64,000 nt of DNA from Eledone cirrhosa (GCA_964016885.1 OZ024740.1:377828001-377892000); one strand, 5' to 3'; numbered from the stretch's first letter, positions 1 to 13,698 are shown. Numbers and translations are program-made. The notes: generated by a model not told the origin, from the letters alone.

Positions 1-1045
1 GGCGGATTAAGCAAGAGCTTACAGTGTCCCAAGTCCTATACTATTCCACGGATTCTTTACTAAAGGTGTTTCTGAGGTGACGGTCGATCTCAGTTTTAGA
101 GCAGGCGATCTAACCACTGGGATTCACCTTATGAATCACCCAGCCCTCATGAGGGTCAAGAGTTTCTCGCAAAGAATACTCCGCAGTTCAATAAGAGGTC
201 CCTTCATCGCTCTCTTGCCTCTTTGAACTACGGCTTCGAGCTCTTCATTTTTTTTTTTTTTTTTTTAGCCGATGGATTCTACTGGCCCTGTTTCTCATGG
301 TGTAGAGAAGCTTTGTTGCTTTCTTCTTCTTCTCTATTCTGAAATTCCCTGCTGCTAGATTGCTGATGATGATGGCCATTGTCTGACGGCGTTGATTAGC
401 ATTATTTTTAGCCGTTGTTTCTAAGATGGACTTGACATTTCTGTAGAACTGGAGTCACCCATTTTCCTTGTTAACGTGAGGCCATTTTATCCGGTGACGT
501 TCCGTTTCTGTACGTGAGTGTGGGCTTGCAACTCCTGGATATTCCGGGAACTGTATGTTAACTCCAGCGTCCCACCAGGGTTGGTTCCAGTGCACTATAA
601 CGCTAGCAATCAGAGCTTGTCTTAGGAGATGTGGAGCAGACCTATCAACTCTCCCCGTCCGACGGGGAGACCTACCACCCACTTTGAGGTGGGTGAAAGA
701 TATCTTCTCTTGTGAAAATGAGTATATCTTTCATTATGTAAAATCTCCCCATTTTGCTTCATTTCTCCCCATTCGGGGGCACTTTTTTCATGGTACCCCA
801 CTTTGGGGTTTTTAGAGGTTGGCTGGTCTGGCAGGGTCCAATTGGGTTTATAATCTATATTGCAAAACATTATTGTGTGTAGTTGACGAGCCGAGAGCAA
901 ATTACTCTAGCACGGGATTTTCTTAGGTGCAGGGCTCAATTGGGAGTAATTAGTCAAACTGGCTTCAGGCCTGGTGTATTAGCATCGTCTGCACGCATTT
1001 CATTTTGATCTGGTGGATCTTCACACTATGCAGGTTCTTCTCCCT
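1..1045 (-). mobile_element. Degenerate 5' ORF region of a Hero-clade (R2-group, RLE) non-LTR retrotransposon; runs off the window start
   Basis: Minus-strand translation gives KNLHSVKIHQIKMKC (995-1039, zinc-finger remnant), RIKWPHVNKENG*LQFYRNVKSILETTAK...QTMAIIISNLAAGNF...NRASRIHRL, GPLIELRSILCEKLLTLMRA and ACSKTEIDRHLRNTFS. These are collinear with the Hero N-terminal region as I recall it. Stops and frameshifts are present. Confidence 0.75.
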
Positions 1046-1434
1046 GCGTCGTTAGAGACGATTTGAGAAAAAAGAGAAAGATAAAGAAATTGAAAATATT
1101 TACATATATATATTTTAAAGTTGAAAATAGATAAATATATAGAAAAAAAAATAGGAATTAAGAAATGGAATATACATTTTCCTTTATGTATTTTTCATTG
1201 TTCAAACGATATCAGCAATTGCTCTTCATTCATAAGTTATCTGTGGCGTCCTAAGGAAGACGGACAGAGGTGACATGCTGTGAACTATATTAACAGATGG
1301 TATATCGAATTTTTCTTTCGGCCTTATTCCTTCATTAGAGACTTTTGTTGCAGTTTCCAAACTATTTCAATAGTTTGGAAATTTTCGTTGAGCCCCTTTG
1401 TGAGTTACACTTAAAATGAATTAATGTCCACAGA

Positions 1435-1450
1435 CACACACACACATATA

Positions 1451-1530
<80 letters not shown>
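1435..1530. repeat. (CA)n(TA)n(CA)n microsatellite
   Basis: Seen directly. Confidence 0.95.
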
Positions 1531-1531
<1 letters not shown>

Positions 1532-2140
1532 TGGTGGCTGCCAACTCGTTTTCGAGTACGGCCACTACTTTATATCCATGTATGAGAACCCCTACCGATG
1601 CGCTGAACGAGTGTGACTTTTCAGTCCAGCCAGCGACTTGAAAACTCTGGTACAAACACTACACTTGTGACAATTATTGACACATAGTGCTGGGCCCATG
1701 GTACCATGTGACGACAAGTGCAGAGAGATCTCCAGATATAAAGCAATGCTTGTGCCGTGAAGCTTTTATAGTGAGCAAAGGCACTGCACAAAGCCAGTCC
1801 CACTCTCTTAACCAAGATGGTATTTACCAAAAAGAAGAACAATTCAACATCATTGGATACCATCAGAGTTGCAGGTGTTATATCAGAGTTTTCCTTCTCC
1901 TAGAATTCTGCCTTGACAAAGGCTAAGGGGTCATCTCTCCCGGTGATTTTGGATGGCCACTGACTCTTAAGAGCTCCTTTGCCCTTTGAAAGGTTTTGTT
2001 TTTAGTCCTGCAGGATGTCCAAAGTCACCCTCCTCACCAAGAAACCTTGGCGGGGTTGCCAGTTTAGTCGCCAACGACCCGACCATGAGACAGGTTATAC
2101 TGAGATACATTTTACCAGTAGCACCAACTGGTGACCTGAC
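1531..2140 (-). mobile_element. Bipartite non-autonomous RTE-derived retroelement, copy 1
   Basis: Near-identical reverse complement of 10537-11126. The 3' part encodes CHKCSVCTRVFKSLAGLKSHTRSAHR* (1592-1672), a C2H2 finger like those ending some RTE ORFs. Flanked by microsatellites. Confidence 0.75.
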
Positions 2141-2218
2141 ATATACACACATACATACATACACATATATATATATATATATATATACATACACACACAC
2201 ACATATATATTTATGTAC

Positions 2219-2250
<32 letters not shown>

Positions 2251-2367
2251 GTGTATATATATATGTATATATATATACACACATACATACACACACACAT
2301 ATATATATATATACATTCACACACACATATATATACATATATATATGTATGTATATATATATATATG

Positions 2368-2449
<82 letters not shown>

Positions 2450-2461
2450 CATACATACATA
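2141..2461. repeat. Compound (TA)/(CA)/(TACA) microsatellite
   Basis: Seen directly; source of the spurious YIYI ORFs. Confidence 0.95.
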
Positions 2462-3559
2462 TTTCTAACGATTGCGTATCTGTTTAATTTTCAGATGAAA
2501 GAAAAAAAAACTATTTATTTGCTATGTTATTGTTTTGACTGTAACTTACATTCCTCAAATAACAATTACATTAAGTCAACAATCTCCTCTCTTTCTTATT
2601 TTTTCTAACCGATTTACGAAGCGTTTTGATTTAAAACAATAAAAGCTTAAGATTTTTAAAATCACTTGACATTATTTTGCACACATATGTGTAATTCTAA
2701 GCCACATTACCTAATATCAACATGGTTTTAGATATTAATATTTTTTCGGATAATATATGCAAATTAGGTATCGTAATATATTCATTCATTAAGTTTATTG
2801 TGGTGATATTTACATATTTCTTATTCACCTGATAATTTCTTCAACAGATTTTCTGTATAGATTTTGAAATTTAATTTACTTACTTGTTTTTTTAAGTTGT
2901 ATTTTGTATCGGCTTACGAGTAAAGTTGAATTTAAAAAAGCAATACTGTTGTACATGTTAACAGACAACATTCAACTTCTCTCTTTTATAATAAATACTT
3001 GTTCATTATCGGCATAATTTTATTAATGCTATATCACCGGTGTACAAACTAAGTCTAGACAAGATAACGTGGGAGCCTCTACGCGATTTTTCGATATGCA
3101 AGCAATAGCAGCCAAATTTTCTAATCACATCCTATCATCTTTAAAAAAAAAAAAAAGAAAGAAAAGCTGTACATTGGATGATATTTTAATTACACTTTTG
3201 TCTGAAAAAGAAAAAGACGGATGCTCACGACTGGAATGTATTTAACTATAGTTTGCTCGATCATTATCTCGAGTTAAATAGCAAAAACAAAGAAACTTAA
3301 GATGCGACAAATATTGATGACTAGTGGAGGTGGGGTGAATATAAGCATAATGTCGATTCATATCAGAGACAAACAACTTTAGATCTTGAAAATGTGTGCA
3401 AATATTTACTCATAGTTAAAATTAATATGTTATTAAAGAATTTCGTTTAAAATTTAATCGATTATCTGCTATTTAATGATTCCAGTATTTTCTCTTTATT
3501 TATCAGACACTATCGTAACATCCAAAATATGCAAGTGATCATGCAGTTATCAGCAATCG

Positions 3560-4423
3560 CCAAATCCGAATGAACTGATTACAAGGGACTACGTAAAAAA
3601 AATTCCACTTTGAAACAAGAAAAAGCAGAGAGAGGAAGAGAAAGCGAAAGATAAGCGTAGAGCGAGAGAAAAGCCAGTTGTTGTTGAGGCTGTCGCCGGC
3701 AAGTTCTTGCTTCTCACTCTGACGACCGACTCAGGGTAATCCGTGTATTCTCAGTGAAATGATAAATATTTCGATATAACTTGCCTTTGTCTCAAAATTC
3801 GACTCCAACTACGTAGTTATAAATAATAATGACGGAATACCTGCAGTAGTTTTGAAATCACCTCTAACACCGGATTATCGAACACCCACTAACTGAGCTT
3901 TACCACTTTTTATCCGATGATTTATTAATTTCCACAAGTACTGCTCGATATTGTCTAGAACTAATCAATATACACAATTGTGCATTAATTAACTATATGA
4001 AAAATCCCATCCCCTCAGTCAACATTCCAATTGTTTTTTCGGGAAACAGAAAATTCGACACGATCAAAACAATTCCAAATAGCCTAAAACATGTGCGACA
4101 CAACTCACTGCTGACACTCTAGTTTTAATATCTAGCAGTTTAGTGTGTCTATATGTATATAAACATAGATGTACTATAGATACATGTATATACAGTACGC
4201 TATGTAACCAGCCTAATTTCTCTCTCCCTCCTAACTCTCTTTCCTTTTACTTGTCTGTCATTCATATCCCACCACCGCCACAAGCGCTTAGCCAATGTCG
4301 ACAGCGGAAGTCTATTCCGAGTGTTAACCAGCTTTGCTTAAAATTTCTTCGGGTCTGTCTGTTTATTTTTATTTACTTGTGCTTACTTAAACTACCTGGC
4401 TAGCTTGTTTCATCTTGCTCATT
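3560..4423 (+). promoter_or_regulatory. Probable promoter/5' UTR of the kinase gene
   Basis: Repeat-free, relatively CpG-rich unique sequence with a GA-rich tract directly upstream of ATG 4424. The TSS cannot be determined. Confidence 0.35.
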
Positions 4424-4560
4424 ATGAACGGCTGCAATGCCCATGTCGCCATGGGCTGTAATCGAGTAGTCGAAGAGAAAGTGGATATTTTCTCACCCCG
4501 GACACCTATTAATACCGAACCTCTTACCTCCAAATATTCTGTCCAAGGAGAACTCGGAAG
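4424..4560 (+). CDS. STK17A: First coding exon of a DRAK/STK17 (DAPK-related) Ser/Thr kinase
   Basis: ATG at 4424; 45 codons MNGCNAHVAMGCNRVVEEKVDIFSPRTPINTEPLTSKYSVQGELG plus AG, then donor GTAAAT at 4561 (phase 2). EP..Y....ELGR|G matches the STK17 N-terminus entering the kinase Gly-loop. The exact family and paralog are tentative from 45 aa. Confidence 0.65.
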
Positions 4561-4982
4561 GTAAATGAATTTTTTTTATTCTCTTATTTGTTCTTTTCTT
4601 CCTTTTTAATTATTCAACCGAGAATACACGATATATAAGTATATGTATTTTTTAAAAATACACCTTAACCTAACAAGTGTCTACCAAATTTCAGGACATA
4701 TAATGAATAAGAGATGTGTGTATATAAATCAAATAAGAAACAACTTTTTTTTTCAACATTTTAATCCTGGAATTTTAAGTTTTTTATTTCAAAGTATTTC
4801 GATAATCTATAGTTCTAATTACGTTAGTGTTAAGTGTCTAAAATGAGAAAGTAACACCTGGTAATTAAGATGTGATATTCAAACCATGTGTTCTTACAGC
4901 TTGCAAGTTAACTCTTTTTGCTGTCTCGATTAAAGCCTGGCCACCACTCTTCGTCTATATAAAGACTTAAGGAAAGTTTAGC

Positions 4983-5018
<36 letters not shown>

Positions 5019-8000
5019 ATATTAATAAATGGAAACTATATTTATAAAACCATATTTATTTTTTTATATATATTTCAAGGGCAACCAAAGCAAATTATGG
5101 TGCGCTTTCATCAGATAAAATGTTTAAGCTTGTTGAATCCCAACAAATTAAATATAACCTCGGCATATATATATATATATATGTGTGTGTGGGGGTGTCT
5201 TGAACGTTCTATATTAACCAACTTATATTATGTCTGTGTTCTAATTCATAACGTGGTTTGTATTCAGTTATTGTGTAATCTTAGTAGGCAGTGGGCTTGA
5301 CATCAAGATTTCTGTTCGAAATTATCAAATTCGGCGAGTTGTATATGTTCTAGTTAAAATTGTTTTGTCATTTGTAATAAATTTATCTTTGGTCATTTCG
5401 GATATGGTTGTTAAAAGACAAATTACAGTAAAAAGGAGAATGAAAGAAAGAAAAATATATTTTTATTTAAACAGTACTAAGAAATCAAAAGGCCGAGAAA
5501 AACGTTTATATCGATGCACATGAAAAATCTGTCAATACACGTATTATTATAAATTGAAGTCATTTGAGCTATGTGACTCCGTTTTAACTCCAGACCTACT
5601 AGCTACTCGGTTCAATGTCTGCATCTTTAAAAAACAAGTCTTCAGGCATTTAAGCCCCTATCTTTCATAAACATATCGTACAATTTCTTCTGTTTTCCCA
5701 CTTCAGCCTATTGATTTGAATTGAAACCGTTTGTGAGGGGGTCGAACATATTCAATATTGGCTATGTACGTCGTATTTTCTATGTAATGTGTGTTTATAA
5801 TGTAATATGTATAATGCATGTGTGAGGGAGGTGTTACTACTGGCTGTTGTTCTCCGTAACCGTCTTTTCACTTTTAAAATTTGCTTTTGTTGTACTTAGA
5901 ACTTTTCTTTATTTCATTGCAACTTCTCATTAGATGTCTTTTATCTAGTAGGAACAAAAGAAAATTTACCTTTTATTAAATTCTTGTTTCGGTTACCTCT
6001 TTTTGTGTTCTATTTACCATTCTCTTGATATTATTTAACCCCTGCTCAGCTCATCAGATCTATGATCAAAAGCATTCCAGCTCTGGATCATATTTTATTT
6101 ACCAAGCATAGTGTATTTAGAATTACAGTATTCAATGTGTTTATTCCTTCTTAAAGCTTCTACTTCTAGCACCTTATTCGACTACAGCAGCCGTGTTGGC
6201 TGGCCTATCCTTTCTGTTTTATGTTGAAGTTTGATTTTTAACAATGATTTGTCGTAATAATGTTTTTGTTTTTTTTGTATCTTGTCACATTAACATTAAC
6301 CCCACATTTGCAAGAGTGGTTATTGTCTATTAAATTAACTTTGTTGTATGTCCACTTCTTGTTTATCAATTCGGAAGTTTGGAAGGGAAAATTTATTCTG
6401 ATGGGATTTGAACCCAAACCATAGTGTGACGAAAAAAACTACTGTAAAGTTACTATAAATAGTACGGCATTGTATTGAATGCTTTATGAATAGTATCGAG
6501 TTTGATACCTATCTCTGAATTAAAATCTAGCCTGGATCAATAAAATATACTATGTAAATAAACTGTGGTCTTCATGATAATAAAACAGTTCCCACTACCG
6601 TATGGATAATTATTGTTTTAAGTCGAATGCCTATTTATACAGCGATCTTACTAATTGAATTCAAATAGTATATTACTGCTACATATCTTATCGAGCCTAA
6701 CAAGTTATGGGCACAGCACTTCATCCGATAACTTGACAACTAATTTCCAGATAAATTCTTCACAAAATACTTGGAGAGGGGGGGGGGGGTTGCTGTAGTT
6801 TAGAATTTGGGTGATTATTTCATTATTAATTGGGTATTTTAATGTTTGGGCTCTGCTGGATTAGTATTGACTATACATGTTATATAAACTATTGCTAGTT
6901 CGCTAGTAACTTTAACTACTTGGTGGTGTGGTAATTGTTGATGATCTGCAGATGTATGGAATAATTCATTTTACATATATATTCACACACACACAGAGAG
7001 AGAGTTTCAAATCTTTTAGAATTTTGTTGATATTTTAAGACATCGTATGTGTTATGGGTATATATTTATGATGATAGGTATGCACCGTACGCGCAGGAAA
7101 GACAGAACATGATTTATTAAGCTATGGGCTGGCATCAGACTCTGCACTTGAAAATAATCAAATTTACTAAATTCATTTTGAAAAGTTTTTAATAGTGTTC
7201 GATTGGCATTCCAATGCTCTTATATAAATAGTCTATTTATTAGCTGTCGATCATTCAAGTTTTTGTATGAACACTATATTACTGGTACATAAAGTTTAGA
7301 TAACAGCACCTATCCAATCCAAACGGATTGCTTTTACGACTATATTACTTTTTTCCTCTCTACTGAAAAACAAACTGGTACATTGTACACTATTCATTAT
7401 ATATGATGGTTAGATTTTTCTTCTCGCGGGAAGACCGCATCTCCCCGAATTAAGTATATCTAACTGGTATGTTAGTATAATGTTATCTAAATGTATGGTT
7501 TTACTTTAAAACGTTCAGCAAATTTACCTTGTTTCAGTAGCCCCAATGTGAGTGTGCGCGCACTGCATTATTACTTTTAAGCTAGACCTTTCTTTATCAA
7601 TAGTTAGTTGACTTTGAAAAGACAATACATGGGCCCTTTAAATTGCTGTTGAATATAATTAAACTTTACTTCAGTATTAAGTTGTTAACCAAACATCCAA
7701 CTTACTGCGTTGACTCTCACCATTCATACTAGTATTTGTTTCTTTCTTTACATCCTTTCATTGTTTGCACACGTTTCTTAAAGCAGCTTCCCTCTCTATC
7801 CCGCCTGATTTCCCTCAAACTTGTTATGCAAGCTTTTTCAATGTAAATAAAACTTTTTTTTTCGGGAGAACAGAAAAAGTGTTAAAAATAACAATATAAA
7901 TAAACGAATGAAAAAGAAAATCTATAATCATCTGAAATTGAGGGTGTATGGTGATATTGTTAGGATATATTATGGTTATTAATAATAGAAGGTTCAGTCA

Positions 8001-10100
8001 ATCATCAGCTGCACTCCTTCGTATCTTGGTTGTTTGGCGGAAAAAATAAAACACTTCCTGAAACGTTGAAATGTCACAGAGCAGTTGCCCAAGAATATCT
8101 GATGATTCCCTCTTTTAATTCCACTTTTGCTGTAACCAGCACTCGACCCCCCCCCCCCCCCCCAGTCTTATCAGCTTTCTTTAACTAAAATATTTTTATT
8201 CAATCTTTTATTACCATTCCATTTGCATCTAGGACATCTTTAAAAAATATAAGTGAATCCAAGCATTAGACTGGTACTTTATTTTTTATCGACCCCGCAA
8301 GGCAAAGTTGACTTGGTCAGGATTTGAACTCGGAATGTAATCGGCCGTTAAGCATTTTCTCTAGTTTGTTTCATATATTGTTGACATCAACATGAACCAC
8401 AGTGAGCCTTCAATAAAATGATGGTTGGGTGTGCGGAGGAGTTATTACATCAGCATACTATGTAACTGTTGAAATCTCAACACCTTTTAGTTCATTGACA
8501 GTCCTTAATAGTATTTACTACCAAAATCTATGGCTTATCATTGGCGAGATTTTAACTTGAATCTTTGGAGACAATTTTATCACTTAATCCTTGTGCCATT
8601 AGTTATTTCATTTATGTACTTTGGCGGTAAACTTTTCCGTGTCTAGCCAGTAAGAGACTAAAAGGGTTTAGCAACACTTAGATTGTTTCCTTATTTTTTT
8701 TTTTTTTACTCTTTAGAATTCCTTACATTCTTCTAATATTCCAAACTACACTGACCTAAATATTTGCCAAATCAACATGAAAAATAAATCAATAAAATAT
8801 TTATTGTCTGTATTTGATCTTATATTTTTCCATTACTCTAAGTGAAGATATGTTGAATCAAACGAATTTAGACATTGCAATTGTATTGAACGTAATGAAA
8901 TTAAACTGATATTTTTGTCGCTAACTTTAAAGCCCTATAACATGATAGTGCTTGAGTAGTTTATAAATATTTGAAGTATTTCATAGATTTGATATTGGGC
9001 AAATAACCATAAAAGTACAGTTCACTTGGTTTTATGCAATGAAAATTTCGGGATATTAACTAAACAGGTAGTCGACATCATGTTTTTACATGACGGAACT
9101 ATTGCAGAAAAGTAATATTATTTTATCATTTTACTTCACTTTGTTAAATACTGCTTATAGATTAATTTGGAAAACTATTTACAAATAACCTGACAAATAA
9201 AATGAATGATGCTGTTGCAAACTTATTCATAAAGAATCATTTTCTTCAATATGTAAGGTGTACTGCGTTTTAACCTGCTTTTAAGAATCATGTATTGTAT
9301 TTACCTGAATTCTTTATTATTAAGTCAAAACAACTTTAATTGAAACACGGGCTGTATATTTCACCAGAAGTACTGTAATGAAAGGGTTAACATAAGCTCG
9401 CCTTTTCAGAAGATAAAAGATGGGGTTTATTTTAAAAAATCTGCTGATCCAATTTTGTTTAGCTGATTTTGATAACTTATTGAAAATATCGGATTTAAAA
9501 AATAAAATTAGTCAACCTTTTTATGTGTTAGTATGTATTTAAGGCAATAAATTGGTAGTCATTAGAGCATCAGATTAAATGCCTGGCTGCATTTGTTACA
9601 GCTCTTTGCACTGAGTTTAAATCCCACCAAGTTCAACTTTGCCTTTCATCCTTTTGGAATCGATAAAGTACTAGTCCAGGGAGGTGGATTGGGGAAATTA
9701 TTAGAGCATTGGATAGGATCCCTTGTAGTATCTATTCTGGCTCTATGCAATCTGTGTTCAAATCCCACTTTGTTAGCTGAAAAATGAGGACATAGGAGGA
9801 CTGGGGTCCCTATCATTAAAATACCAAAGAAACTGAATATGAGGATGGCTAAACCTTCTCATCAAATATTCTCTCTAAGCTGTGCAGTCACTGTATTGGT
9901 GCTGCACCCATCAATATGTTGCTGCTCAGTAGCTTTGAAATGTTGCCCTGCAGTAACTTTGAATTAAAACTGTTTTGCTCAAAGTTCAAACACTCTGCTC
10001 AGTGGTTGGGAAAACGTTTCTGGCACCAGTTTTAACAGGGACAATATAAGCTTGTGGTTGGACGCAATTAATACTCCAGTATTATATTATCATTATTTTA

Positions 10101-10479
10101 AGGGCGGTGGATTGGCAGTATCGGTAGAGGGTCGGACGCCATGCTTTCCAGCATAGTTACGTCCCTTTACGATCTGAGTTCAAATCCTGCCGAGGTTGAT
10201 TTTGCCTTTCATCCTTACGGGGTCGATAAAATAAAGTACCAGTAATGCACAGGGTAATTGCTGGCCTTGTGCCTAAAGTAGAAACAATTATTTTATTGGC
10301 AGTATCGGTGGAGGGTCGGACGCCATGCTTTGCAGCTCAGTTAAGTCCTTTAAGGACTGAGTTCAAATCCCGCCAAGGTTAACTTTGCCTTTCATCCTTA
10401 CGGGGTCGATAAAATAAAGTACCAGTAATACACTGGGATAATTGCTGGCCTTGTGCCAAAAGTAGAAACAATTATTTTA
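10101..10479 (+). mobile_element. Two tandem copies of tRNA-derived SINE family 1
   Basis: A-box-like TGGCAGTATCGG, B-box GTTCAAATC, central GCCTTTCATCCTTACGGGGTCGATAAAATAAAGTACCAG and (ATT) tail; many other copies in the window. Confidence 0.85.
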
Positions 10480-10493
10480 TCTATCTTGCTTTA

Positions 10494-10524
<31 letters not shown>

Positions 10525-10536
10525 ATATATATTTAT

Positions 10537-11126
10537 GTCAGGTCACCAGATGGTAACATGTATCCCAGTACAACCTGTCTCATGGTCGGGTCGTTGGCGA
10601 CTAAACTGGCAACCCCACCAAGGTTTCTTGGTGAGGAGGGTGACTTTGGACATCCTGCAGGACTAAAAACAAAACCTGTCAAAGGGCAAAGGAGCTCTTA
10701 AGAGTCAATGGCCATCCAAAATCACCGGGAGAGATGACTCCTTAGGCAGAATTCTAGGAGAAGGAAAACTCTGATATAACACCTGCAACTCTGTTGGTAT
10801 CCAATGATGTTGACTTGTTCTTCTTTTTGGTAAATATCATCTTGGTTAAGAGAGTGGGACTGGCTTTGTGCAGTGCCTTTGCTCACTATAAAAGCTTCAC
10901 GGCACAGGCATTGCTTTATAACTGGAGATCTCTCTGCACTTGTCGTCACATGGTACCATGGGCCCAGCACTATGTGTCAATAATTGTCACAAGTATAGTG
11001 TTTGTACCAGAGTTTTCAAGTCGCTGGCTGGACTAAAAAGTCACACTCGTTCAGCGCATCGGTAGGGGTTCTCATACATGGATATAAAGTAGTGGCCGTA
11101 CTCGAAAACGAGTTGGCAGCCACCAT
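10537..11126 (+). mobile_element. Bipartite non-autonomous RTE-derived retroelement, copy 2
   Basis: Inverted near-identical copy of 1531-2140 with short deletions; flanked by (TG)/(TA) repeats. Confidence 0.75.
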
Positions 11127-11141
11127 GTATATATATATATA

Positions 11142-11329
11142 TAATTGTTTCTACTTTTGGCACAAGGCCAGCAATTACCCACTGCATTACTGGTACTTTA
11201 TTTCATCGACCCCGTAAGGATGAAAGGCAAAGTTAACCTCGGCGGAATTTGAACTCAGAATGGAAAGGGCCGTAACTCTATGCGTCAAAGCATGGCGTCC
11301 GACCTTTTACCGATACTGCCAATCCACCG
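11142..11329 (-). mobile_element. SINE family 1 copy
   Basis: Reverse complement of 10101-10295. Confidence 0.85.
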
Positions 11330-11338
11330 TGTGTGTGC

Positions 11339-11373
<35 letters not shown>

Positions 11374-12258
11374 TGTAAGTATGCATACGTACACACACAC
11401 ACACATACATATATACATACATAATGTGTGTATGGAGTATCGAACATTGATAATAATATTCGATTCGTTTGTAAGCAAACGACCCAACAAAGCTGTGCTG
11501 TGCCGATGACCAAGTGGCACCGAGGAACAATCAACATGTTTCTGGGTTGCTGTGCTAGAGCGAGAAATAAAATTCTAATTTTATATATATATATATATAT
11601 ATAAAGTCATGACCACTCTCTGTCTTATAAAATATTCAGACTCGACATCCATACTGAATCCTTTTAATCAGTGAAAGTTATCTGCTGTTTTTAATATATT
11701 TTAAAAACACTAATTTCAAATATATGCGCCATTGATTTTCAATCTGATGAACTTAGCAAATTTAGCTTGGAGTAACTATTATTCTACTCTGCTTAACAAT
11801 ATATAGTACTTTTTTCTCATTAATGTAAGTCGAATGAACCCATAGCAAACAATCCTACATATGTATCTGTGTGTGTATGCATATATGTGTATATAAGTGC
11901 AGGTATATCTGTGGTTAAGAGGTTTGCTTCACAACCATATTGTTTTAGGTTCAATCCTATTGTTATACCTTCTAGCTGACCAATAACATGTGAAAGTGGT
12001 GGACAGAAACAGGGCAGTAGATTGTCATCTGTGCGCGTGTGTGAGATTGTTTCTTCTGCTAAGATAGGCAGTGATGTTTATGGTCCACAGCTCTGTGGTT
12101 TGTTGTGTAAAGATCAATACCTTACTTAAAAACAAGTGATGGTTGGTATCAGAAAGGGCATCTGGCCATAGAATACTGCCTCAAAGAAGTTTCATCCAAA
12201 CCATGCCAGCATTGATAAACCAATGTAAAAATGATAGTGATGATATATATATATATAT

Positions 12259-12449
12259 AGTTTTAATATAGAAGAGATTCTACAGGACTAGAACTGTTTC
12301 ATTCTTTAGAAATCATCAGGAATCTCTGATGATTTCTAAAGAATGAAACAGTTCTAGTCCTGTAGAATCTCTTCTATATTAAAACTTTTATACTCTATGT
12401 ATTGAGTACCTTACTAACTGTGGTTACCTCCGATTCAACCCGGAATAAC

Positions 12450-12450
<1 letters not shown>
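12259..12450 (+). mobile_element. Penelope-like pseudo-LTR remnant with an inverted 5' segment, inserted in (TA)n
   Basis: Perfect 61-bp inverted repeat (12259-12319 / 12326-12386) with hammerhead cores on both arms and (TA)n on both sides. Confidence 0.7.
12273..12327 (-). ncRNA. Type I hammerhead ribozyme
   Basis: Minus strand AGAGATTC-CTGATGA-TTTCTAAAGAAT-GAAA-CAG(TTCTAGTC)CTG-TA-GAATCTCT: 8-bp stem I, intact core, GUA cleavage triplet, weak stem II. Confidence 0.7.
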
Positions 12451-12494
<44 letters not shown>

Positions 12495-13698
12495 TGTTTA
12501 TTTGTGTCTCTGTTTATCATCAATCATATTATTTGATACGTTTTTTCTTGCTATGCACACACACATATGTATAAAATGCACCAAATGATGTCTGTACAGG
12601 TGTTGGTGTTAGGAAGGGCATTCGACTGTAGAAACCATGCCAAAATTTGGAGCGCCCAAGCATGATGTAATTCTCTGACCTGTCTAAGAGGGCAGAAATT
12701 CCAAGAAAGATCTGATTCGGACTATGATGACCTGTTCAACCCATACTAGCATCTTGCACATATTTTATTTTAGCAAAATCTCTATGGCTGCATACCCTTC
12801 CTAACACCAACCATTTTACAGTGTACTAGGTGCATTTTATTGTGGCACCAACACTAGAGAGATTGCTGTGCTGTCTCTATGAGTATGAACATGATAAAAC
12901 ATAAAACAAAATAAGATATTGAGGGAGAGTAGTAATCCTTATTGATGGGGGTTTAAGTAGAAGACAGCATAAGCAACATGATGGGATAGCAGTATGAATG
13001 TCTCATGCTAAGATAGAAAGTGGATAGCAACAGAGAAGTGTGATGTTGAGTAAGAGCGGTAGATGTCAGCTAATAATCTTATGAGAGAGGGGATAATGGT
13101 TTGAGTAGAAAACATCAGTAATATGTTAGGATAGCAATAAGAGATGTGTCATAGTAGCAGAGAACAGATGGGGAGTAGCAACAGAAAAATGACATGGTCT
13201 TACATTTATTGTTCTTTATTTCTTAATTAAAGGTCCCCATAGACCTATTAAGGATGGTATGGGAGCCAAGCATATGCACTGATTCTTTCAATGCATTATT
13301 CTTTTCTTCAAGAAAGGTCTGGATTATGGCAAAGGTATTCACTTTCAATCTACTACAAGTGTGATCAATGAGCATAACTGAATCAGTATGGTTTTCATCA
13401 AGGCCAAGTCTGCACACATTAAATTTTCACCTTGAGAAAGGTTCTGGAGCAATGTTGAAACTACTAAGAGTGAGCCATCACTTGCTTTGTAAGCGTCACA
13501 ACAGCTTTTGATTCTGTTAATTGCAGCACACCCTGGAATATGTTTATGAATAGATCACCAATGAAACTGGCTAATCTAATTAGAGCATACTATAGTTTTT
13601 CTTAAGCAAAAGTTTGCTCAGGTGTCCAGTATGACTGCAGTCTATTTCCAATGTTCTTCAACTGGATCATGGAGTGTACTCTGCAGGATTGTCTTGAT

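Noticed and set aside
1687-1926. Duplicated ~80-aa ORFs (also 10722-11036) as a gene pair
   Set aside because: Incidental frames within the repeated RTE-derived element
1967-2608. YIYI/THAR/ERER-type ORFs here and at 14649-15030 and 21782-22034
   Set aside because: Translations of microsatellites
3719-3765. CTGACGA...GAAA in the 5' region
   Set aside because: No stem I or stem III complementarity
10537-10625. HDV-like ribozyme at the 5' end of the RTE-derived element (CCAGT/ACTGG pairing, small hairpin then CTAA)
   Set aside because: I could not build P1 or a canonical P3/L3, and CCAGT has an alternative local partner; needs a covariance search
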